A stretch of 20,000 nucleotides of DNA from an uncultured virus (IMG/VR IMGVR_UViG_3300001580_000009). Its lineage: Duplodnaviria > Heunggongvirae > Uroviricota > Caudoviricetes. The position numbers and the translations under genes are program-made. The first letter of the stretch is position 1; every line of letters starts with the position of its first letter. The notes below the pieces were generated by a model. The model searched no databases. It saw only the letters and a list, made by a program, of their open reading frames with translations, and was not told the origin of the DNA. This document shows, in pieces, positions 9,056 to 17,000 of the stretch. Location: IMG/VR virus record IMGVR_UViG_3300001580_000009. One strand, given 5' to 3'.

Positions 9056-11128
9056 ATGGTAACAATTAAGAATATCACCCTGCGAAATTTTTTATCTATC
9101 GGAAATGTTACTCAAGCAGTAGATTTTGACAAAAAAGATATTACACTAATCTTAGGCGAAAACTTAGACTTAGGTGGCGACGGTGCTAGAAATGGCACCG
9201 GTAAAACCACTCTTATCCAAGGACTTAGTTATGCTTTGTTTGGTGTTCCCATTAATAGCATTCGCAAAGATAACTTAGTAAACCGTACTAATACTAAAGG
9301 TATGATGGTTACACTTGAGTTTAACGTCAACGGAACTGAATACAAAATTGAGCGTGGTCGCAAGCCTAATATTCTTAAGTTCTACGTAAATAACGTACAG
9401 CAAAAGGCTACTGAAGACCAGCAAGGCGAGAATAAAGAAACCCAAGCTGCGATTGAGCGGGTACTGAACATGACACCCGAAATGTTCAAACATATTGTTG
9501 TTTTGAACACCTACAGCGAACCATTTTTAGCCCTAAAGAACAATGAACAACGTGAAATTATTGAACAACTTTTGGGCATCACTTTGCTTTCAGAGAAAGC
9601 CGAAGTCGTCAAGGATTTGATTCGCCAAAGCAAAGATGATATTCAACAAGAAGAATTTAGAATCAAAGCTGTTGAAGAAGCCAATAAGAGAGTCAAAGAA
9701 CAAATTGATGCACTTAAGCGTAGACAAACGCTTTGGGTTAAAAAGCACGACGAAGACCTTAAAGCCTTAGTAGATGCATACGACGAATTGATCAAAATTG
9801 ATATTGCAAAAGAACTACAAGCCCATAAGGACTTGGTCGTTTGGAATTCTCAAAAGCAACAACAGGATACCTATAACGCATTGCTTGCTAGGTCTACTGC
9901 TTGGAAGCAAAAGCACGACAAAGAAGTTGCCGCTGCGGAGAAGGCGTATCTAGACAAGAATCGTTACAATATTGATGATGAACTACACGCTTGGGCTCAG
10001 TTAAAACTATGGGAGCAAGAAAAAACTGTTCAAGATAATCTTGCTACTGAAATTGCTACCCAAACCAAAAACGTAGAAAAAGAAAAAAAATTAATTTCTA
10101 AACTAGAAAAAGAGGTTCGGTCACTAGAAGATCACAAGTGTTATGCATGTGGTCAAGATTTCCATGATGAGCAGCACGACAAGGTTCTAAATACCAAGCG
10201 CGAGGATTTGAATCATGCAGTTACTCAGTTAACAGAGTTAAAGGCAAATCTAGATAAAAACAAAAGTCTCGTCAAAGAGCTAGGCCCCAAGCCTACAACT
10301 CTGTATAAGACAGAAGCTGAAGCTATTCGTCATTCTAGTGACCTTGAGAATCTTAAGAAAGCATTAGAAGAAAAAACAAGAGAAACAGACCCATATGCTG
10401 AACAACTGTCGGAAATGACCGTTGTAGAAGTTGGTCCTATGCCGGTTACTCATTATGATACTGAGCGTGAGGCTATTGAGCATAAGAGTCAGTTGGCTAA
10501 CTTAGTAGATCAAATCGAAAAGAAGGCTCATGAAACCGATCCATATACTGATCAAATTGCTGATATGGAGAAGGATGCGATCCAAGAAATCAGTTTTGCG
10601 AAAATCAATGAAATCACGAAAACCATGGAGCACCAAAAGTTTTTGCTTGAATTACTCACTAACAAAGATTCATTTGTTCGTAAGAAGATCATTGATCAAA
10701 ACCTTTCTTACCTAAATGCTCGTTTAACTAATTACATTGATAAGATCGGTTTACCTCATCAAGTTGTATTCAAGAATGACTTACAAGTTGAAATCACTGA
10801 ATTAGGTCGTGAACTTGACTTCGATAACTTAAGTCGCGGGGAACGAAACCGACTAATCTTGAGTCTAAGCTTCGCATTCCGTGACGTATGGGAGAACTTG
10901 TACGCACCGATTAATACGCTGTTCATTGACGAATTGATTGACTCAGGTCTTGACACTATGGGTGTTGAGAACAGCATCGCCATCTTGAAAGACATGAGTC
11001 GTAGACGACAAAAGTCAATCTGGCTTGTTAGTCACCGTGAGGAACTTGCGGGGCGTGTACCTAGCGTACTCAAGGTTGTAAAAGAGGGCGGCTTCACAAC
11101 ATATTCTAGCGCAACTGATATTGGATAA
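9056..11128 (+). CDS. gp46: Recombination endonuclease ATPase subunit, Rad50/SbcC-like
   Basis: Walker A NGTGKT, coiled coils, zinc hook CYAC (10139-10150), signature LSRGE, Walker B LFIDE and H-loop VSH. Confidence 0.95.
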   Translation: MVTIKNITLRNFLSIGNVTQAVDFDKKDITLILGENLDLGGDGARNGTGKTTLIQGLSYALFGVPINSIRKDNLVNRTNTKGMMVTLEFNVNGTEYKIERGRKPNILKFYVNNVQQKATEDQQGENKETQAAIERVLNMTPEMFKHIVVLNTYSEPFLALKNNEQREIIEQLLGITLLSEKAEVVKDLIRQSKDDIQQEEFRIKAVEEANKRVKEQIDALKRRQTLWVKKHDEDLKALVDAYDELIKIDIAKELQAHKDLVVWNSQKQQQDTYNALLARSTAWKQKHDKEVAAAEKAYLDKNRYNIDDELHAWAQLKLWEQEKTVQDNLATEIATQTKNVEKEKKLISKLEKEVRSLEDHKCYACGQDFHDEQHDKVLNTKREDLNHAVTQLTELKANLDKNKSLVKELGPKPTTLYKTEAEAIRHSSDLENLKKALEEKTRETDPYAEQLSEMTVVEVGPMPVTHYDTEREAIEHKSQLANLVDQIEKKAHETDPYTDQIADMEKDAIQEISFAKINEITKTMEHQKFLLELLTNKDSFVRKKIIDQNLSYLNARLTNYIDKIGLPHQVVFKNDLQVEITELGRELDFDNLSRGERNRLILSLSFAFRDVWENLYAPINTLFIDELIDSGLDTMGVENSIAILKDMSRRRQKSIWLVSHREELAGRVPSVLKVVKEGGFTTYSSATDIG

Positions 11129-11143
11129 TTTTTAAGATTATTG

Positions 11144-11150
11144 ATAAATA
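11144..11150 (+). promoter_or_regulatory. Late promoter motif for the HNH gene
   Basis: ATAAATA followed by an AAGGAG RBS and ATG at 11177. Confidence 0.6.
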
Positions 11151-11176
11151 AGAAGTGAATCCAATAAGGAGAACTT

Positions 11177-11827
11177 ATGTTTATCAACAACGAATCATAT
11201 AATAGATATTATGAAATAATTGAGAGGGCTAATTCTATATGTCCTCGAAATGTGAAAAAGACAGAGGCAATGAAGATCAGAGGCTATATCGAAGACCATC
11301 ATATCATACCCAAATGTTTGGGTGGCCCTGATGTGATTGCTAATAAAGTTTGGTTAACTGCTGAAGAACATTTTATGTGCCACAAGTTATTAACCGAAAT
11401 GACCGAAGACAATGCCAATGGTAAAATGTGGAGCGCTTTGTGGCGAATGATGAATAAGCAAAGTAAAAATCAAGATCGTGATTATATAGTTGATGCCAAA
11501 GAATATGCCATAGCAAGAGAACAAAACGCAAAAAATCATAGTACTAGAATGAAGGGCACTCTAAACCCGTTTCATAATAAAAAACACAGCACCGCAACAA
11601 AAGAAGTCATGTCTTCTAAGAAAAAAGGGAAGACTTATGAAGAAATATTCGGGGCAGATAAGGCAAAGGAAATGCGAGAGCGCAGGAGCAAAGAAGGTCT
11701 AGGTAAAGCTAAAGGCCCGCAAGAAAAAATATCATGCCCGCATTGCGGCACCCTAGGAGGGTTCAGTATAATGAAGCGTTGGCACGGTGATAAATGTAAA
11801 TTTATCAATGATAAACACATAGCATAA
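11177..11827 (+). CDS. Free-standing HNH (Mob-type) homing endonuclease with NUMOD3-like repeat and C-terminal Zn-finger-like motif
   Basis: EDHHIIPKCLGG...NKVWLTAEEHFMCHKLL (HNH), NPFHNKKHSTATKEVMS (NUMOD3-like) and CPHCG...RWHGDKC. Confidence 0.85.
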   Translation: MFINNESYNRYYEIIERANSICPRNVKKTEAMKIRGYIEDHHIIPKCLGGPDVIANKVWLTAEEHFMCHKLLTEMTEDNANGKMWSALWRMMNKQSKNQDRDYIVDAKEYAIAREQNAKNHSTRMKGTLNPFHNKKHSTATKEVMSSKKKGKTYEEIFGADKAKEMRERRSKEGLGKAKGPQEKISCPHCGTLGGFSIMKRWHGDKCKFINDKHIA

Positions 11828-11835
11828 GTAACTCT

Positions 11836-12402
11836 ATGACAAGTCCACAGAAAGCAAAAGGTTCCAGTTTTGAGCGAGAGGTCGCTACGTATTTGAGTAA
11901 ACTCTACGGAGAGTCATTTATTCGCGCTCCTGGATCCGGCGCTTATGTGGGCGGTAAGAATCAGCAACGTAAGGAATACTTACATGAGGGACAAGTTCGT
12001 TCTTTCAAGGGCGATATTGTTCCTGGACAGAGTTTTCCTTTGTTTAATGCTGAATGCAAAAGTTATGCAGACTTTCCGTTTCATCTTGTTTTAACAGGCA
12101 AATGCAAGCAATTAGATGGTTGGTTAGACCAGCTAATGGATGTGGCTGAACCAAATGACATAAATATCTTGTTCATGAAATTCAACCGCAAAGGCAAATT
12201 TGTCTGCGTCCAAAGTAAATTTACTTGGATTACTGATCAATTTTTATACTACACATCTGAAAAACACAATGATTGGATTATAATCGAGTTCAATCACTTC
12301 TTTACTCATAACAGAGACATCCTCAAATCCTATTCAGGCTCAAAATCCCAACTCATAGACACCAAGTCAGGCATTTTAAATATTAATACTACTCAGGTTT
12401 AA
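11836..12402 (+). CDS. PD-(D/E)xK nuclease, probable Hjc-like Holliday junction resolvase
   Basis: KAKGSSFEREVA...GDI...AECKSY matches the E...D...ExK layout of Hjc-type resolvases, and the gene sits in the recombination cluster. Confidence 0.75.
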   Translation: MTSPQKAKGSSFEREVATYLSKLYGESFIRAPGSGAYVGGKNQQRKEYLHEGQVRSFKGDIVPGQSFPLFNAECKSYADFPFHLVLTGKCKQLDGWLDQLMDVAEPNDINILFMKFNRKGKFVCVQSKFTWITDQFLYYTSEKHNDWIIIEFNHFFTHNRDILKSYSGSKSQLIDTKSGILNINTTQV

Positions 12403-12423
12403 TTTTTAGGCTCAATGTTGTTT

Positions 12424-12845
12424 AGTCGGGGCACCTCGACTCTCCTTGAGATTGTACAGGTTGTGCTGTGCCGTCGGATTCTGGAGTATAGCACGGGGTT
12501 ATATTGATCTTTTCAAAAGAAAGAGATATAACACAAAAACCCGTGGAACACCGAGAGGGCAATCGACAAAGCGAACCCTCAACAAACCTATAGGAAATTC
12601 TGTCTTGCTTCTATAGGAGTGCGTTGCCGAGGCATTAGAAAGCGTTTTATACCCTTAATTCTAGTAGTACTCACTACAGTCCCAATAAAAACCTTACAGG
12701 GCAACCGGTGGCGAATAGTAGCAGTGTAGTAGCTGATTATTCGTGGGAATAGACGGCAAAGGATGACGGGCTGGCATACAGTTTTGTCCATTTGGTAGTG
12801 CTAAAATAGCACTACCATGGCTTCAGAGCGGCAATGTATTAGCCC
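12424..12845 (+). ncRNA. Candidate large structured non-coding RNA (family unassigned)
   Basis: No credible ORF. At least seven local hairpins and five long-range helices, whose non-Watson-Crick positions are almost all G-U on the + strand (details in findings). The boundaries are approximate. Confidence 0.7.
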
Positions 12846-12882
12846 TCATACGAAATTAAACAGAATATAAGACGATACAAAT

Positions 12883-12932
12883 TACCGAACGAGTACGAAG
12901 TACGAGTGAAGGTAGATGTCCGAAGGACATCT
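12883..12932 (+). other. Two adjacent C-GAA-G triloop hairpins
   Basis: TACC-GA-AC-GA-GTAC-GAA-GTAC-GA-GT-GAA-GGTA (12883-12914) and AGATGTCC-GAA-GGACATCT (12914-12932). Confidence 0.6.
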
Positions 12933-12944
12933 CTAAAGATAAAC

Positions 12945-13175
12945 TTAAAAGAATGGCATTTGAGATTTCTTAGTTACTTCCATGTTGTGGTCAATAAGTT
13001 CATCAATCTGTTTTCTCTCCATAGCGGACATATTAAGGATATCCTCATAGGATGCTCCCCCTCTCATATGCCACGCTAGCGATAAAGCGTTTTTCTTTAT
13101 CGCTATAACGTCTTTCTCGTAACTCTCTAACAGCTTCGTTATGCCTTCGTGGCTAAGGTGTAGAAGCCTTAACCG
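12945..13175 (-). CDS. gp51-like / tail chaperone 'GT'-like segment, probably translated by -1 frameshift from the upstream ORF (absent from the ORF track)
   Basis: Open frame RLRLLHLSHEGITKLLESYEKDVIAIKKNALSLAWHMRGGASYEDILNMSAMERKQIDELIDHNMEVTKKSQMPFF*. The first ATG is only at 13067 (40 aa), and the frame begins at the slippery site. Confidence 0.7.
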   Translation of the reverse strand, partial: RLRLLHLSHEGITKLLESYEKDVIAIKKNALSLAWHMRGGASYEDILNMSAMERKQIDELIDHNMEVTKKSQMPFF

Positions 13176-13999
13176 AAAAAATCACTGGCATTCAACGTGA
13201 ATGGTTGCTTGTATTCATTTCCGCAATGTACGCACTTGATCTGTAATGGTTGCATTTCAGTTTGTGCCTTCAATTCAGAGTTATGGTCTCTTATTGCTAC
13301 GTATACATTCTTATCACAGTTTTTCAAGAAATCTAAGATAAAATCTGATTTGTCAACCAAAACAGTAGGTGTCTTGATATATTCAATAGTTTTAGCTAAA
13401 ATGTTCATTGTTAAATCGGTTATAGCTTTTAACGCTTCTTGATTCTTTTTGGTACGTTCAGTAGCGTCTACGATCTTTTCCATACCCTGAAACATCTTTT
13501 GTATTTCCACTTGATCGATACTGGCTTCATTCATTTCTTTGTACGTTAATGGTCTAAACTTGATTTTTAGATCATGAACGGCTAATTCAGTATCATAATC
13601 CCCGGCTTTTAATGTAGCCAATGCTGCTACCAAATTAACACCGTATGTAGCAACTTCTTCACAAGAAGGGCATTGAGACTCTATTTCAAGACCCTCACTA
13701 TTATCAGCAGCCTTAATACCAATTAGGATAGCATCCAAGTCGATACTGGTAATAGCCCATGGATCTTTTACTGCAGGTACACAACTTTTAATTAATTCAG
13801 ATACCGCAGTACCGTTGAACAAAGCATCAGGTGTTTTTGCTGTGATTTCGTCAATCGCAGTCATGGGATAGACCGGCAATTCTCCAGTTTCGGGCATTTC
13901 AATTACTCCTGGAGCATAATGTTTACCACCGCTGGGTAGTCTAAGATATACTGCGGGTCTTCTGAAATACTGTCTTAGTGGATTATTGTCTAGTGCCAT
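13169..13999 (-). CDS. gp26: Baseplate hub assembly chaperone, T4 gp26-like
   Basis: LPSGGKHY, PMTAIDEI, IDLDAILIGIK, two CxxC motifs (CPSC, CVHC), IKFRPLTY, and a C-terminal DFFG. Confidence 0.75.
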   Translation of the reverse strand: MALDNNPLRQYFRRPAVYLRLPSGGKHYAPGVIEMPETGELPVYPMTAIDEITAKTPDALFNGTAVSELIKSCVPAVKDPWAITSIDLDAILIGIKAADNSEGLEIESQCPSCEEVATYGVNLVAALATLKAGDYDTELAVHDLKIKFRPLTYKEMNEASIDQVEIQKMFQGMEKIVDATERTKKNQEALKAITDLTMNILAKTIEYIKTPTVLVDKSDFILDFLKNCDKNVYVAIRDHNSELKAQTEMQPLQIKCVHCGNEYKQPFTLNASDFFG

Positions 14000-14033
14000 T
14001 GGATTTCCTTTATAAATGGGTCTTTACCGAATA

Positions 14034-14053
14034 ATAAATACATAGATATTTAT
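14034..14053. promoter_or_regulatory. Pair of oppositely oriented late promoter motifs
   Basis: ATAAATA on + (14034-14040) and ATAAATA on - (14047-14053), between the divergent gp26-like and tape-measure-like genes. Confidence 0.7.
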
Positions 14054-14064
14054 TGGATAAAATT

Positions 14065-17000
14065 ATGGCTACAGAAAATCTTGATCCGGAAATCATGCGA
14101 GAACTCAATGAGTCTATGCAAAATCTCGGTGACGGGATGCGAGAATTCACTGATGTAATGACCATGATGATAACCGGTGGCGCTGATATGTCATCAGCGA
14201 TGCGTAGTGCGACCGGGGCAACTCGCGGGTCAGAGACAGCCATGAAGTCATGGAACGATAGAGTAAGAGAAGCGGCTAAAGCCGCTGAATTAGAAGCCGA
14301 AAGCAAACGGAAACAAGCTGAACAAAACGCTAATTTAAAACAAGCATTCAAGTCTATGCAGGATGCAGCAGGTGGCTTCACTAAAGCTTTACTCGACACA
14401 AGCTCAGGATTTCAAAAATATGAAGCATCGATAAAGAGCACAACCGGCGCCGTAGGTAGCCTTTTGCAAAATTTTGGATATATGGGTAAAGCTGTAGCTC
14501 TAGCAACGGATGCGATAGGCAAGCTTGCAGGAGCAACATTAAAGCAAACTGATGACATAGTTAAAGCGTATGATTCATTGGCAGGGATCGGTGGATCAGT
14601 GGGATTAACCGCTGAAGAAATTGTAAATTTGGGTAAAAACGCCGGATTTACAATTCAAACATTAGAACAGTTTACGAAAAGAGCCAAAGAATCAGGTACC
14701 AATCTTATGGCTATGGGTGATTCTGCTACTGGAGGAATCAAAGCCTTCAGTCAAGTTGTGGCTGTCGGTGAGGATGCCCTTAAGAAATATCGTAGATTGG
14801 GCATGACTCAAGAAGATTTGATTGAAGCACAAAGAACATACATACGACAACAAATTGAGGGCGGCCAATCACTTAAAAAGAGCCCAGAACAATTACAAAA
14901 AGCTTCATTAGCATACATTGATCAATTAAACACTCTTGCTGAGTTAACTGGCATTAACGTCAAGAAACAGCAGGAAGCCATTGATATTGCAAACGCAAAC
15001 GAGAACTTTAATGCCTATAAGTTTTCAATGGATCAAAAAGCGTTAGCTTTAGAACAGGAAGAACAGGAAGCAAGAAAATTAGGCCAGACTGCACGTGCCG
15101 ACGAATTAAAAGCGCAAGCAGAACAAATACGTAACACAATAGCAGCTAAAGAAGAATTTGCTAAACTAGCAGTTAGCACCATGAGTGCTTCCAATGCTGC
15201 TGCTGCATTAGAGTCCATTTCTACTGACGGAACTACGATTATCACAGAAAATAATCAAAAATTAGTTCTAGCAGGTATTGATGTCGTTAAGATGAACGAA
15301 GAAATGAACAAAGGCAGAAAACAGTCAGCGGAGTTATTGGGTTCTCAGGTAACGGCTGCTAAAAACTTCTCGAATCAATTTGGAGTCATGGCATATGGTA
15401 TGGGCAAGGCATCTAAAGACTTGCAGCAGACATATGGCGTTGACAACGAGATGCGAAAAACTGCCATTGAGTTTGCAAAATTGGAGACTGAGGAAGAACG
15501 AAAAGCCTTTATTGCAAGACAGGCGCAGGCGCAAAAAGATTTAGAAGCAAAGGGTAAGGAGGGCGTTAAAGGGCAAGAAGTCATGGATGCGACTGCTACC
15601 AAAGAAAGTTTGGAGCGTCGTGCTAGATCCGTATATGATGCAATGATCGGCGCCATAAACCCATTCAGGGGCAAGATGCTTGAAGCCTCTATGGTAGTAG
15701 TTGGATTATCAGCAGCAGCGGTCGCAGCGGCTTCGGCATTAAACAAAATTGCCAAGTCTAGATTTGGTGTTGGTATAGACGATTTAATGGATGGTAAAGA
15801 TTCTAAAGGTAAATCTAAACCCACAGCCAAACCCAAATCCAAGAAGCCTCTGAGTGGTGCTGCTAAAGCATCACATGAAGCCAAAGTAGCAAGAGAAAGA
15901 GCAGCCAAAGCAAAAACTATTAAATCTGCCGGTAAATTCACAGTAGGTGGTATGATAGCCGGACTGGGCTTAGATTATGGTTCTGAAATGGCGAAAGAGG
16001 CTGGTCACGAAAAAACGGGCGCAGGTCTTGATATAGCAAGTTCGGCTTTGTCCGGCGCTAGCATGGGTGCTTTACTAGGTAGTATAGTACCTGTTATCGG
16101 TACTGCTGTTGGAGCAGCAGTCGGCGGCGCGCTCGGTGGGGCATATGGAGCATATCAAAACCGTGACGCATTTTTCGGAGACAAGAAACAGGAAGAAACA
16201 CAAAATAAAGTTGAGAAGAAACCATTAGATGTACCCAAAGCATCGGAAGGTGGTAGTTTCTCGGGACCTAAAGAAGGCTACTTAGTTGAATTACACGGTG
16301 ATGAAGATGTTATTCCGAGAAAAGGTCGTCAGCCTGAAGAATTGAATACTCTGGGAGCATTGAACAATACATTAAGCAATGCTCTATCAGCTCCTAAGGA
16401 CTATGTAAAGCAGGCTACTGTTGACACTACTGGCATAGAATTAGCAGGAGATGTAGCCGAAAAAGCTACTGAAAAGGTAATAGCTAAATTAGTACCACAA
16501 TTAGCAGTGGTTTCTAAAGTAGCATCTTCGATAGATAAATTAGACTCGGTACAGAAAATATTCTCAGAAAAATCCAGTCCAATTGAAAAACTTTGGGAAG
16601 TAGCAAAATTGCTACATCCTGCAGCGAGAATATTAGGTACTGCAATAGATATAGTTGCGCCATTGATTAAAGATGCGAATAATCAAACTCCTGTTGTAGC
16701 TCAAACTAAGAAAGATACGACAGTAGATACTGAGAACATAGAAAAAGAATTACCAAAAGCCGCTTCAGGTGGTATATTCAAGGGGCCTAAGTCCGGTTAC
16801 CCTGTAGAATTGCACGGTGAAGAAATGGTAGTCCCGTTAACAGGTGAAAAATTTGATAAGTTGTTTGAAAAAAATGATTCTCCGCTGCCTAGATTAGAGC
16901 TAGTAAAAGAAGCTAAGAGTTTAGAAGATTTCAGCACTGCAGTAAAAGACACAGACGCCGTCCTGAAAAAATATACTTCAACATTAATTAAACTTCGTGA

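Noticed and set aside
8426..11827. Endonuclease genes as intron- or intein-encoded
   Set aside because: gp47, gp46 and the resolvase each appear complete and uninterrupted, so the endonucleases are free-standing.
12588..12791. 67-aa ORF on - within the intergenic region
   Set aside because: No RBS or recognisable motif; the region is better explained by + strand RNA structure.
12424..12932. Assignment of the structured region as group I/II intron, RNase P RNA, tmRNA, tRNA or retron
   Set aside because: I could not identify convincing catalytic-core consensus elements, a cloverleaf or a tag reading frame. No gene is interrupted and no reverse transcriptase is in the window. An Rfam search is needed to exclude these formally.
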